From NCBI RefSeq assembly GCF_002854065.1, contig NZ_CP024147.1: 64,000 nt of DNA. One strand, 5' to 3'. The notes under the pieces are model-generated. The model worked only from the letters and a program-made list of their open reading frames with translations, did no database searches and had not been told where the DNA came from. Position numbers and translations under genes: made by a program. Source of the stretch: Escherichia coli (lineage in GTDB: Bacteria; Pseudomonadota; Gammaproteobacteria; Enterobacterales; Enterobacteriaceae). Shown here piece after piece: positions 34,269 through 44,172 of the stretch. How positions within the stretch are numbered: the first letter of the stretch is position 1; each line of letters opens with the position of its first letter.

Positions 34269-34653
34269 TGGAGCACCTCAAAAACACCATCATACACTAA
34301 ATCAGTAAGTTGGCAGCATCACCAAATACTCGTGCGGTTTAATGAAAGCAATTGGGTACGCGAGAAGAAAAACCCCATAAACCAAAATAATAAAACCTTA
34401 AATAACAACAATATGAAATTGATATCTTTAAAGTCAACTTTGTGTTTGTTATGTTTATCACAAAATCAACATTTTGTTTGTTATTGTATTTGTGATGCAT
34501 ATCTCTATTTATTTATTGAATGTTCGAAAACATACTTTTCTAATGCAATGTTTTTTCGCTATACCCCTTTATAGAATCTGAATTCTCACCTGTCGGCTGT
34601 TTTCTCCTCATCTCATGTGACATATTCCCACACTTTACTCAAGGAAGATTGTC

Positions 34654-35562
34654 ATGAAAGCACCTGTTTCATTAACCTCATTTCGCCCACAAAAATCTCT
34701 TGCTATCGCCATCGGCGTGCTTGCCGTGGTTGTGCTGCCATTTCTCTCGTATTACACCGTTAATGAAGGTGAACGCGGCATTTTGCTGCGCTACGGAAAA
34801 ATCGTAAAAGTTGCCGAGCCGGGTCTGGGTTTTAAGATCCCGTTTATGGAAAGCGTGGAGAAAATTTCCACGCGTAATCAGGCTGTGGTCTATCAGGGAT
34901 TACAGGCCTACAGCCGCGACCAGCAACCGGCACAAATGACAGTATCAGTCAGCTTCCACATTAAACCTTCAGAAGCAGGCGCGGTTTATACCACCTACAA
35001 CACCATTGAAGCATTAAAAGATCGTCTGATTGTCCGTCAGTTGCCAACTCAACTGGAGAACGTTTTCGGCCAATATACCGCCATCAGCGCTGTACAGGAT
35101 CGTACAAAACTGGTTCAGGATCTGCAAAATGCCATGCGCAAAGCCGTTGTTGGGCCAGTGGTAATTGACGGGGTCCAGATTGAAAATATTGATTTTTCTG
35201 ACGCTTATGAAAAGTCGATTGAAGACCGAATGAAAGCAGAAGTCGCCATTGCCACGCGTAAGCAAAATCTGGAAACAGAGAAAATCCAGGCGCAAATAGC
35301 GGTAACTCAGGCCCAGGCAGAAGCAGACAGTAAACTGGCGGCAGCCAAAGCAGAAGCGGAAACTATTCGCGTAAGAGGCGCGGCAGAGGCTGAAACTATT
35401 CGTTTAAAAAGTGCGGCTGAAGCAGAAGCAATCCGCCTGCGCGGTGAAGCTCTGCGGGATAATCCCGGACTTGTAGCCCTCACCACTGCCGAACGTTGGG
35501 ACGGTAAACTGCCCGATACCATGATCCCCGGCAGCACAGTTCCGTTTATCTCTACTAAGTAA
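34654..35562 (+). CDS. SPFH/band-7 (prohibitin/stomatin-like) membrane protein with C-terminal Ala/Glu-rich repeats
   Basis: 302-aa ORF; N-terminal TM helix IAIGVLAVVVLPFL, SPFH-like core, C-terminal repeats AEAETIRVRGAAEAETIRLKSAAEAEAIRLRGEA; preceded by 330-bp AT-rich region. Confidence 0.7.
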   Translation: MKAPVSLTSFRPQKSLAIAIGVLAVVVLPFLSYYTVNEGERGILLRYGKIVKVAEPGLGFKIPFMESVEKISTRNQAVVYQGLQAYSRDQQPAQMTVSVSFHIKPSEAGAVYTTYNTIEALKDRLIVRQLPTQLENVFGQYTAISAVQDRTKLVQDLQNAMRKAVVGPVVIDGVQIENIDFSDAYEKSIEDRMKAEVAIATRKQNLETEKIQAQIAVTQAQAEADSKLAAAKAEAETIRVRGAAEAETIRLKSAAEAEAIRLRGEALRDNPGLVALTTAERWDGKLPDTMIPGSTVPFISTK

Positions 35563-35604
35563 AAAAAGGGCCGCTTTCGCGGCCCTTGAGAGTGATGGCA
35601 AAAG

Positions 35605-35725
<121 letters not shown>

Positions 35726-35781
35726 TTACCAATAATCTAAAGGGCCGCTTTCGCGGCCCTTCTCACAAAACGTCTTACTGA

Positions 35782-37773
35782 TTACAGCAGCGCTTTTGCT
35801 TTCGCAACAACGTTATCAACAGTGAAGCCGAACTCTTCAAACAGCAGCTCTGCCGGAGCAGATTCACCGAAGGTGGTCATACCGACGATAGCACCGTTCA
35901 GGCCAACATACTTGTACCAGTAGTCAGCAATACCCGCTTCTACCGCAACGCGTGCAGTAACCGCTTTCGGCAGTACGGATTCACGGTAAGCCGCATCCTG
36001 CTTGTCGAATGCATCGGTAGACGGCATGGAAACCACGCGCGCCTTCACGCCTTCGGCAGTCAGTTTTTCGTAGGCGGCAACAGCCAGTTCAACTTCCGAA
36101 CCGGTCGCGATGAAGATCAGTTCCGGCTGACCGGCACAGTCTTTCAGCACATAACCACCGCGCGCGATGTTTGCCAGCTGCTCTTCAGTACGCTCCTGCT
36201 GCGCCAGGTTCTGACGGGAGAGGATAAGCGCGGTCGGGCCGTCCTGACGCTCAACACCGTATTTCCATGCCACTGCAGATTCAACCTGGTCACATGGACG
36301 CCATGTAGACATGTTCGGGGTCACGCGCAGAGAAGCAACCTGCTCTACCGGCTGGTGAGTCGGGCCATCTTCGCCCAGACCGATGGAGTCGTGGGTGTAA
36401 ACCATCACCTGACGCTGTTTCATCAGCGCAGCCATACGTACGGCATTACGTGCGTATTCTACGAACATCAGGAAGGTGGAGGTGTACGGCAGGAAGCCAC
36501 CGTGCAGGGAGATACCGTTAGCAATCGCGGTCATACCGAACTCGCGAACACCGTAGTGGATGTAGTTACCCGCAGCATCTTCGTTGATTGCTTTAGAACC
36601 AGACCACAGGGTCAGGTTAGACGGTGCCAGGTCAGCGGAGCCGCCGAGGAATTCCGGCAACAGCGGACCGAACGCTTCGATAGCATTCTGCGACGCTTTA
36701 CGGCTGGCGATTTTCGCCGGATTAGCCTGCAGTTTAGCAATGAACTCTTTCGCTTTCGCGTCGAAGTCAGACGGCATTTCACCTTTCATACGACGGGTGA
36801 ATTCAGCCGCTTCCTGCGGGAAGGCTTTGGCGTAAGCCGCGAATTTCTCATTCCAGGCAGCTTCTTTCGCCTGGCCTGCTTCTTTCGCATCCCACTGCGC
36901 ATAGATTTCAGACGGGATTTCGAACGGTGCGTATTTCCAGCCCAGCTGTTCGCGGGTCAGAGCGATTTCTGCATCACCCAGCGGCGCACCGTGGGAGTCG
37001 TGAGTACCGGCTTTGTTCGGGGAACCGAAACCGATGATGGTTTTGCACATCAGCAGGGACGGTTTGTCAGTCACTGCGCGCGCTTCTTCTACTGCGCGTT
37101 TGATGGATGCTGCGTCATGACCGTCGATGTCGCGAATAACGTGCCAGCCGTAAGCTTCGAAACGCATTGCGGTGTCGTCGGTGAACCAGCCTTCAACGTG
37201 ACCATCAATAGAGATACCGTTGTCATCGTAGAACGCAATCAGTTTACCCAGCTTCAGCGTACCCGCCAGAGAGCAAACTTCGTGGGAGATGCCTTCCATC
37301 ATGCAGCCGTCGCCCATGAAGGCGTAGGTGTAGTGATCGACAATGTCGTGGCCCGGACGGTTAAACTGCGCCGCCAGCGTTTTTTCTGCAATCGCCATAC
37401 CTACTGCGTTGGCAATACCCTGCCCCAGCGGACCGGTGGTGGTTTCCACACCAGCGGTGTAACCCACTTCCGGGTGGCCCGGAGTTTTAGAGTGCAGCTG
37501 ACGGAAGTTTTTCAGTTCTTCCATCGGCAGATCGTAACCGGTGAGGTGCAGCAGGCTGTAGATCAGCATGGAGCCGTGGCCGTTGGACAGCACGAAGCGG
37601 TCACGGTCAGCCCAGGACGGATTCTGCGGGTTGTGTTTCAGGAAATCACGCCACAGGACTTCGGCAATGTCAGCCATACCCATAGGGGCACCCGGGTGAC
37701 CGGATTTGGCTTTCTGTACTGCGTCCATGCTCAGCGCACGAATAGCATTGGCAAGCTCTTTACGTGAGGACAT
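35782..37773 (-). CDS. tktA: transketolase 1
   Basis: Track ORF 35782..37803 trimmed to [41 protein letters not shown]... (663 aa). Confidence 0.95.
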   Translation of the reverse strand: MSSRKELANAIRALSMDAVQKAKSGHPGAPMGMADIAEVLWRDFLKHNPQNPSWADRDRFVLSNGHGSMLIYSLLHLTGYDLPMEELKNFRQLHSKTPGHPEVGYTAGVETTTGPLGQGIANAVGMAIAEKTLAAQFNRPGHDIVDHYTYAFMGDGCMMEGISHEVCSLAGTLKLGKLIAFYDDNGISIDGHVEGWFTDDTAMRFEAYGWHVIRDIDGHDAASIKRAVEEARAVTDKPSLLMCKTIIGFGSPNKAGTHDSHGAPLGDAEIALTREQLGWKYAPFEIPSEIYAQWDAKEAGQAKEAAWNEKFAAYAKAFPQEAAEFTRRMKGEMPSDFDAKAKEFIAKLQANPAKIASRKASQNAIEAFGPLLPEFLGGSADLAPSNLTLWSGSKAINEDAAGNYIHYGVREFGMTAIANGISLHGGFLPYTSTFLMFVEYARNAVRMAALMKQRQVMVYTHDSIGLGEDGPTHQPVEQVASLRVTPNMSTWRPCDQVESAVAWKYGVERQDGPTALILSRQNLAQQERTEEQLANIARGGYVLKDCAGQPELIFIATGSEVELAVAAYEKLTAEGVKARVVSMPSTDAFDKQDAAYRESVLPKAVTARVAVEAGIADYWYKYVGLNGAIVGMTTFGESAPAELLFEEFGFTVDNVVAKAKALL

Positions 37774-38050
37774 TTTGACTCCAGATCGGATGATGAAGGG
37801 CACGCCCTTAACGACTTGACGACAGCGCGTTTTGGGCTACGCCGGAAAATTTGCCAACAATTTACCGCAAGCCGCGCGTCATGTACATGGAACATCCTTT
37901 TGCCGCTTCAGAAATCTCTGGATCATGCTCGCATGTTGCGCAATCTACTCGCCCGTCCGCTGCGCTTTTCCTTATACTGAGACTGAGCGTCGGTTCACCT
38001 GCAAACGGCGCATTTTTAGAATAATCCTGACCTTGTGCGGAAGAAAAAAC

Positions 38051-38809
38051 ATGAAAATTCGCGCCTTATTGGTAGCAATGAGCGTGGCAACGGTACTGAC
38101 TGGTTGCCAGAATATGGACTCCAACGGACTGCTCTCATCAGGAGCGGAAGCTTTTCAGGCTTACAGTTTGAGTGATGCTCAGGTGAAAACCCTGAGCGAT
38201 CAGGCATGTCAGGAGATGGACAGCAAGGCGACGATTGCGCCAGCCAATAGCGAATACGCTAAACGTCTGACAACCATTGCCAACGCGCTAGGCAACAATA
38301 TCAACGGTCAGCCAGTGAATTACAAAGTGTATATGGCGAAGGATGTGAACGCCTTTGCGATGGCTAACGGCTGTATCCGCGTCTATAGCGGGCTGATGGA
38401 TATGATGACGGATAACGAAGTCGAAGCGGTGATCGGTCACGAAATGGGGCACGTGGCGTTAGGCCATGTGAAGAAAGGGATGCAGGTGGCACTTGGTACA
38501 AATGCCGTGCGAGTCGCGGCGGCCTCTGCGGGCGGTATCGTCGGCAGTTTATCGCAATCACAGCTTGGTGATCTGGGCGAGAAATTAGTCAATTCGCAAT
38601 TCTCCCAGCGCCAGGAAGCAGAGGCGGATGATTACTCCTACGATTTACTGCGCCAACGCGGCATCAGTCCGGCAGGTCTTGCCACCAGCTTTGAAAAACT
38701 GGCAAAACTGGAAGAAGGTCGCCAAAGCTCAATGTTTGACGACCATCCAGCATCCGCCGAACGCGCCCAGCATATTCGCGATCGTATGAGCGCGGACGGG
38801 ATTAAGTAA
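38051..38809 (+). CDS. loiP: outer-membrane lipoprotein metalloprotease LoiP (YggG), M48 family
   Basis: Track ORF 37832..38809 trimmed to MKIRALLVAMSVATVLTGCQ (lipobox) ... HEMGHVALGH zinc motif; 252 aa. Confidence 0.92.
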   Translation: MKIRALLVAMSVATVLTGCQNMDSNGLLSSGAEAFQAYSLSDAQVKTLSDQACQEMDSKATIAPANSEYAKRLTTIANALGNNINGQPVNYKVYMAKDVNAFAMANGCIRVYSGLMDMMTDNEVEAVIGHEMGHVALGHVKKGMQVALGTNAVRVAAASAGGIVGSLSQSQLGDLGEKLVNSQFSQRQEAEADDYSYDLLRQRGISPAGLATSFEKLAKLEEGRQSSMFDDHPASAERAQHIRDRMSADGIK

Positions 38810-38820
38810 GGCATGGTGGT

Positions 38821-39120
38821 GCCAAACGTAGTTCAGATAAGGCATTTACGCCGCATCTGACATAAATGGCACATTCACTACCTCGTGCGCATTGCCGGAT
38901 GCGATGCTGGCGCATCTTATCCGGCCTACGGGTGCCAAACGTAGGTCAGATAAGGCGTTCACCCCGCATCTGACATGAATGGCACATTTGTTACCTTGTG
39001 CGCATTGCCGGATGCGATGCTGGCGCATCTTATCCGGCCTACGGGTGCCGAACGTAGGTCGGATAAGGCGTTCACGCTGCATCCGACATTAATGGCACGT
39101 TTTACCCGTGCGCATCGCAT
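38821..39120. repeat. BIME cluster: about 2.6 tandem copies of a ~113-bp REP-containing unit
   Basis: Unit gccaaacgtag..cagataaggc..ccgcatctgacat..gcgcattgccggatgcgatgctggcgcatcttatccggcctacgggt repeated from 38821, 38934 and 39046. Confidence 0.9.
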
Positions 39121-39127
39121 CTGGTGC

Positions 39128-40048
39128 TTACTCGCCCTTTTTCGCCGCCTGAATATACAGCATTTCCAGCGCCAGCGTTGCCGCTGCCAGAGCGGTGATT
39201 TCCGACTGATCGTATGCCGGAGCCACTTCCACTACGTCCATCCCAACGATGTTGAGATCTTTCAGGCCGCGTACCAGTTTAATAGCGCGATCGGAGGTCA
39301 GACCGCCAATTACCGGCGTACCGGTTCCCGGCGCAAATGCAGGATCCAGGCAGTCGATATCAAAGGTCAGGTAAACCGGCATATCACCCACAATTTGTTT
39401 CACCTGGGCGATAACGTCATCCACGCTGCGATCGTTCACCTGGCAGGCGTCCAGCACGGTAAAGCCGTTGTCTTTATCAAATTCGGTACGAATACCAATC
39501 TGCACGGAATGATTCGGATCGATCAGACCTTCTTTCGGCGCGGTATAGAACATGGTGCCGTGGTCAAATTCACAACCGTTCGCGTAGGTATCGGTGTGGG
39601 CGTCAAAGTGTACCAGCGCCATTTTGCCGAAATGCTTCGCATGAGCACGCAGCAGCGGCAGCGTAACAAAGTGGTCACCACCGAAGGAGAGCATACGCTT
39701 ACCGGCAGCCAGCAGCTTCTCGGCGTGTGCCTGCAGTTTTTCGCTCATCTCACGGGCATCGCCGAAGGCATATACCAGATCGCCGCAGTCCACCACGTTC
39801 AGACGCTCGCGCATGTCGAAATTCCACGGGAAGCGGTTGTGTTCCCAGGCCAGGTTAGTCGAAACCTGGCGAATCGCCGCCGGGCCATGACGACCACCGG
39901 CACGGCCAGAGGTGGCCATGTCGAACGGCACGCCGGTGATCACCCAGTCGGCATCGCTGTCATACGGCTGGAAGTTCATCGGCAGGCGTAAAAAACCAAA
40001 GGCGTTGGAAACCAGTGAGTTATCGTATTGATGACCTAAGGTGCTCAT
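39128..40048 (-). CDS. speB: agmatinase (agmatine ureohydrolase)
   Basis: 306-aa [63 protein letters not shown]...; arginase fold. Confidence 0.95.
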   Translation of the reverse strand: MSTLGHQYDNSLVSNAFGFLRLPMNFQPYDSDADWVITGVPFDMATSGRAGGRHGPAAIRQVSTNLAWEHNRFPWNFDMRERLNVVDCGDLVYAFGDAREMSEKLQAHAEKLLAAGKRMLSFGGDHFVTLPLLRAHAKHFGKMALVHFDAHTDTYANGCEFDHGTMFYTAPKEGLIDPNHSVQIGIRTEFDKDNGFTVLDACQVNDRSVDDVIAQVKQIVGDMPVYLTFDIDCLDPAFAPGTGTPVIGGLTSDRAIKLVRGLKDLNIVGMDVVEVAPAYDQSEITALAAATLALEMLYIQAAKKGE

Positions 40049-40071
40049 GGATGGACTCCTATTACAAAGTC

Positions 40072-40118
40072 GATATAAAAAAACCCTTCCGCGTCGTTAG
40101 GCCCGACGAGGAAGGGTT
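40072..40118 (-). terminator. rho-independent terminator 25 nt upstream of speB start
   Basis: Minus strand aacccttcctcgtcgggcctaacgacgcggaagggtt followed by T7. Confidence 0.6.
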
Positions 40119-40183
40119 GGATTTGCGAAACACAAGTTTGTGCTAATTATCGCCTTAAATGGGCGAGGCATCAAGCGAGGTTG

Positions 40184-40650
40184 CTATTTCCGACACGGTG
40201 GCGGCGCATAGCCATTGTTATCTGCCGGAAAGGCTTGTCCAGAGCACGGCGGCAGCGCGTTTTGCGCCTGGCCTTGTAATTCAAAGGCGGCAAAGCCGAT
40301 TACACCGGTATTACGCACATCGCCTTGCGCCGAATTGGCTGCGTAGGAATCAGCAACGTTGGCGAACTGAAAAGCCGCTTCGGTATGTTTATCTTTGCGG
40401 AATCCTTTAATCGCTAACGAATCTCCGGCATTCACAATATAGCCGTTGTTATTCAGCGAACCTTGCTTGCCGTTCAGCACATCCAGGCCATCAACCGTAG
40501 CAACGATCTCGTAGTTGGTGTTACGACTGTAATTACGAACATATAATTGATAATTCATTCCGACTCTGGCGTGGACAATATAGCGTGGTTCATTATTGGA
40601 TGAATCATAAACACGCGTAATAGGTAGAGAATTAAAATTACCATCGCGAA
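40184..40650 (-). pseudogene. 3' fragment of unknown gene, 5'-truncated by IS1 copy 2 (Asn/Tyr/Gly-rich, two C-terminal Cys)
   Basis: Minus-strand frame is open from IS1 boundary (40650) to stop at 40184, about 155 codons ending ...NALPPCSGQAFPADNNGYAPPPCRK; track shows only the part from the first Met (40184..40558); not recognisable as speA. Confidence 0.45.
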
Positions 40651-40665
40651 GGTAATGACTCCAAC

Positions 40666-41169
40666 TTATTGATAGTGTTTTATGTTCAGATAATGCCCGA
40701 TGACTTTGTCATGCAGCTCCACCGATTTTGAGAACGACAGCGACTTCCGTCCCAGCCGTGCCAGGTGCTGCCTCAGATTCAGGTTATGCCGCTCAATTCG
40801 CTGCGTATATCGCTTGCTGATTACGTGCAGCTTTCCCTTCAGGCGGGATTCATACAGCGGCCAGCCATCCGTCATCCATATCACCACGTCAAAGGGTGAC
40901 AGCAGGCTCATAAGACGCCCCAGCGTCGCCATAGTGCGTTCACCGAATACGTGCGCAACAACCGTCTTCCGGAGCCTGTCATACGCGTAAAACAGCCAGC
41001 GCTGGCGCGATTTAGCCCCGACGTATCCCCACTGTTCGTCCATTTCCGCGCAGACGATGACGTCACTGCCCGGCTGTATGCGCGAGGTTACCGACTGCGG
41101 CCTGAGTTTTTTAAATGGCGGAAAATCGTGTTGAGGCCAACGCCCATAATGCGGGCGGTTGCCCGGCAT
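40666..41169 (-). CDS. insB: IS1 InsB' frame
   Basis: 167-aa ORF; differs from copy 1 at several residues ([22 protein letters not shown]...). Confidence 0.9.
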   Translation of the reverse strand: MPGNRPHYGRWPQHDFPPFKKLRPQSVTSRIQPGSDVIVCAEMDEQWGYVGAKSRQRWLFYAYDRLRKTVVAHVFGERTMATLGRLMSLLSPFDVVIWMTDGWPLYESRLKGKLHVISKRYTQRIERHNLNLRQHLARLGRKSLSFSKSVELHDKVIGHYLNIKHYQ

Positions 41170-41363
41170 CCAACGCCATTCATGGCCATATCAATGATTT
41201 TCTGGTGCGTACCGGGTTGAGAAGCGGTGTAAGTGAACTGCAGTTGCCATGTTTTACGGCAGTGAGAGCAGAGATAGCGCTGATGTCCGGCAGTGCTTTT
41301 GCCGTTACGCACCACCCCGTCAGTAGCTGAACAGGAGGGACAGCTGATAGAAACAGAAGCCAC
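41088..41363 (-). CDS. insA: IS1 InsA
   Basis: 91-aa ORF; one residue differs from copy 1 (NTIFRHL vs NTILRHL). Confidence 0.95.
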   Translation of the reverse strand: MASVSISCPSCSATDGVVRNGKSTAGHQRYLCSHCRKTWQLQFTYTASQPGTHQKIIDMAMNGVGCRATARIMGVGLNTIFRHLKNSGRSR

Positions 41364-41418
41364 TGGAGCACCTCAAAAACACCATCATACACTAAATCAG
41401 TAAGTTGGCAGCATCACC

Positions 41419-42058
41419 CTCATGGGGTTATACATCAGCCGGGATTTCAAAAGCCTTCGGTGATGATAAATATCAACAGCAGTATTTATCACAGCGCAGC
41501 GGGTTTGCTATAGGTGAGGATGGTTTTGCATGGGGCCGCATGGACTATGATTCCGCGCTAATTGTCGATGCTACGGATTTGCCCGAAGATCAGTATTTCG
41601 AGGTGCGTAATCGTAATTCGGCACCAACGATTGTAAAAGGTGGTCAGAAAACAACGCTTTCTATGGAGCCGTATCGTAAGGTCGCACCAGAAGCTGAACA
41701 ACTCTACAGCAATAATATGGATGCTTATTACAATCTGAAAACGGAGTCTACTTCTACCTGGGCGAAACCAGGGCAAGTTTATAAAGTTAAACTTTCCGCA
41801 ACCCGGAATCTGACCGTCACCGGACGCCTTTATTTTGACGGTCAACCGTTGATTAACGCCAGGGTCGTTGGTGGGAATGCAATGGCAGATACTGATGGCT
41901 TATTTGTTGGTGATTTTACACTCCAGACAAATGAACAACTTAAATCTGTGAAAGTTAAACAAGACGGGCGTGATTTCATCTGTCCACTGCTGGATGAAAA
42001 TATCAAACTTGCGCAGGGTATTATGCAAATTCGTGAGGTTAATTGTGAAGTTCAATAA
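41419..42058 (+). pseudogene. C-terminal fragment of fimbrial outer-membrane usher, 5'-truncated by IS1 copy 2
   Basis: Frame open from IS1 boundary; C-terminus ...KVKQDGRDFICPLLDENIKLAQGIMQIREVNCEVQ parallels the two-Cys usher tail of FimD (...VQVKWGEEENAHCVANYQLPPESQQQLLTQLSAECR) as I recall it. Confidence 0.55.
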
Positions 42059-42062
42059 ATGG

Positions 42063-42755
42063 ATGGCTCTTTTTTTAGGATTGTTGGCTGGGTTTTCTAC
42101 CGTAGCGCAAGCTATTGAGGTGTTTCCTATTGTAAAAGAAATAAAGGAAGAAACGCCAAGAGATAATTATATTACCGTTAAGTCTATGTTTAAGCTGAAT
42201 GATAAAGTTGATGTTCCAGAACCAGACAAACAGCAATATGAATTCGTTACGCTTGATCTCTATCACATAAAAAACCCAGGCGATAAAAAAGAAAATATGG
42301 AAAAGGAATTGGGGACGGAAAACCCTGCGCTGGTATTTTCACCGACCAAACTGGTTATTCCATTCGGTGAAGAAAGGAAAATTCGCATCATGCCTATGCG
42401 TCCGGTTGATCATGAAACGGTATACAGGCTGCGTGTACGACCAAGTTATCCGGAACAGGCCCTTGAAAAAGGGAAGGTCCGTTTTGCTATTGGATATGAT
42501 GTTTTAATTCGTTATCTCCCGTCAGGTAAGCACACTCAGGGGATACAGATTAGCTGTGATAAAAACAACTGGCATTTGAAAGCAACCGGTAATGTAAGAA
42601 GTGAATTACGTAAATTGGTGATTGATGGCCGGATGCAGGAGGGGAATTTCAATGTTTATCCGGAAAACAGCAGAACTCTTAACGTGAATAAACGTCTTTC
42701 CTTCGAAATGGATGGAAAAACGCTGGTTTACGAAAATTGTCTGCTTAAGGAGTAA
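42063..42755 (+). CDS. putative periplasmic fimbrial chaperone (PapD-like)
   Basis: Track ORF 41970..42755 trimmed to MALFLGLLAGFSTVAQA signal peptide; about 230 aa; RYLP-type motif (FAIGYDVLIRYLP); follows usher fragment. Confidence 0.45.
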   Translation: MALFLGLLAGFSTVAQAIEVFPIVKEIKEETPRDNYITVKSMFKLNDKVDVPEPDKQQYEFVTLDLYHIKNPGDKKENMEKELGTENPALVFSPTKLVIPFGEERKIRIMPMRPVDHETVYRLRVRPSYPEQALEKGKVRFAIGYDVLIRYLPSGKHTQGIQISCDKNNWHLKATGNVRSELRKLVIDGRMQEGNFNVYPENSRTLNVNKRLSFEMDGKTLVYENCLLKE

Positions 42756-42758
42756 TTC

Positions 42759-43649
42759 ATGCGCTCATGGTTCTGTTTAATTGCACTGTTGTTGCCTGGC
42801 ATTGTATTTGCGAGTGGTGAGATGATTATTCAGCCTCAAAGTAAGGGGGCGGTTCACTTCCTTGCCCGTGGTCTTTCTTCTGGCGGCGACAATATTATCT
42901 CTGCTGCTTACAGCGCCGGGCGGCCTCTGTCTGTTTTATTTAGCCCGACAGGAAACGGACATTGTGAGGGCGATTTTTTGGCTGTGGATCATCTCCGGTT
43001 GTCTGTTCAGCAAGCAGGTGAAAATACTTCTTATACCTGTGGCGTTCCGGTAACGATCGAAAGTCCTTCGAAGGATGGGATCCTGCGCCTTCAGTTAACG
43101 AACTCGACGTCTGTTCAGGATTTCTCCTCATTGATGAGAACAGACGGGGGCCTGAGACAGCAAATTGGTAATTTGCAAATAACCCAGCAAGGTAATGAAA
43201 GTTTTATTGTCCCGATTTATCTGGATCTCACTATTTTGCAGAATCAGGTGGTTACGATAGCTGCTTCATTTGAAAAGCCATCTCTTCAACTTGGGCTGGT
43301 AGGCCCGGAACATGATGCTTCAGAGACTGTGGGTCTGCGCGTCAGCAAAACATTACAGGCAGGTGAGGAGGCGATGCTTTATCGCGTAACATTTGAATCT
43401 TCTCAACTGAAGGATAATAGGTTCCATTTACTATCCTCTGTTGATCATCAGTTTATTCCTTATCAAATCTATATATCTGGTGTCGAAGTTACCCCTTCTC
43501 AGCCTTATGTAAGTGAGCTGCCGCAGGGAAAGGCAACTTCTGAATTGCTTGATGTAAGATTCAATTTGTCTGGCCGAGCTGTTCGTGGCATGGCTGCCGG
43601 TTCGCGCTTACTTGATACGGTAACCGCAGTAGTAACCCCGGAAAGTTAA
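42759..43649 (+). CDS. putative fimbrial tip adhesin or minor subunit (secreted, 296 aa)
   Basis: Signal peptide MRSWFCLIALLLPGIVFA; two Cys in N-terminal half; C-terminal beta-strand-like TVTAVVTP; operon position. Confidence 0.45.
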   Translation: MRSWFCLIALLLPGIVFASGEMIIQPQSKGAVHFLARGLSSGGDNIISAAYSAGRPLSVLFSPTGNGHCEGDFLAVDHLRLSVQQAGENTSYTCGVPVTIESPSKDGILRLQLTNSTSVQDFSSLMRTDGGLRQQIGNLQITQQGNESFIVPIYLDLTILQNQVVTIAASFEKPSLQLGLVGPEHDASETVGLRVSKTLQAGEEAMLYRVTFESSQLKDNRFHLLSSVDHQFIPYQIYISGVEVTPSQPYVSELPQGKATSELLDVRFNLSGRAVRGMAAGSRLLDTVTAVVTPES

Positions 43650-43662
43650 ACTGGAGAATAAA

Positions 43663-44172
43663 ATGAAATTAACTTTTTTACCTGTTGTGCTGTCGGTAGC
43701 ATTTTGTAGTCAGGTTCAGGCTGTTGTACCGGTCAAAACATCTATTGATGTGCAGGCTGAAATCAGTACTGCGGTTAATATTTATGTTAATGGCCAGGAT
43801 GTCACCAATAAATCTATCAGTGTCAATCTGAAAGATGAAGGTGGCTATATGAAAGGCAGTACGCCACCTTTCCAGTTTGTTGGCAACGCCAGTTCTGTTG
43901 CCCTTTCGCTCCAGGCTCCGCCAGCGAATGGGTTGGTCGGCCCTGAAAATAAAGTTATGCCTTTACTGACATCCTGGTTCAATCCGGATGCGAATGCTGA
44001 AGTTTCGACAAGTTTTCCCTTTTCAAATATCAAGGTTTATCCAACGTTACAGGACGTACCTGATCCACAGAATGGTGTAAAAGTGGTATTTCGCTCGAAG
44101 GAGCGTAGCGAAACTTTCCCCTTGGGAACATATAGCGGGACTTATACCGTTATTGTAACGCCATCAGTTTAA
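43663..44172 (+). CDS. putative fimbrial subunit (secreted, 169 aa)
   Basis: Signal peptide MKLTFLPVVLSVAFCSQVQA; pilin-like size; C-terminal alternating hydrophobic strand GTYSGTYTVIVTPSV. Confidence 0.45.
   Translation: MKLTFLPVVLSVAFCSQVQAVVPVKTSIDVQAEISTAVNIYVNGQDVTNKSISVNLKDEGGYMKGSTPPFQFVGNASSVALSLQAPPANGLVGPENKVMPLLTSWFNPDANAEVSTSFPFSNIKVYPTLQDVPDPQNGVKVVFRSKERSETFPLGTYSGTYTVIVTPSV

Larger units (their letters stand above)
33556..34323 (-). mobile_element. IS1 insertion sequence (768 bp), copy 1, simple insertion
   Basis: Terminal inverted repeats GGTAATGACTCCAACTTATTGAT ... ATCAGTAAGTTGGCAGCATCACC; flanked by 9-bp direct repeat aaatactcg (33547-33555 and 34324-34332). Confidence 0.97.
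40651..41418 (-). mobile_element. IS1 insertion sequence (768 bp), copy 2, at a rearrangement junction
   Basis: Same terminal repeats as copy 1; flanks catcgcgaa and ctcatgggg differ (no target-site duplication); several substitutions relative to copy 1. Confidence 0.97.

Noticed and set aside
36355-37767. Long antisense ORFs in the track (470 aa opposite tktA; also 21400..22374 opposite fbaA, 59282..60328 opposite ansB, 22976..23674 opposite pgk, 4807..5511 opposite pepP)
   Set aside because: Each lies entirely within a well-recognised conserved gene on the other strand; the translations are low-complexity and Arg/Val-rich, typical of antisense frames of GC-rich genes.
38821-39120. Possible CRISPR array, given the tandem ~113-bp repeats (also at 61385-61605)
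   Set aside because: The repeats are REP/BIME palindromes with no unique spacers of fixed length between short direct repeats, and no cas genes are nearby.
40159-40410. 83-aa plus-strand ORF between speB and IS1
   Set aside because: It overlaps the longer minus-strand open frame that runs to the IS1 boundary and has no RBS or recognisable features; likely a spurious antisense frame.
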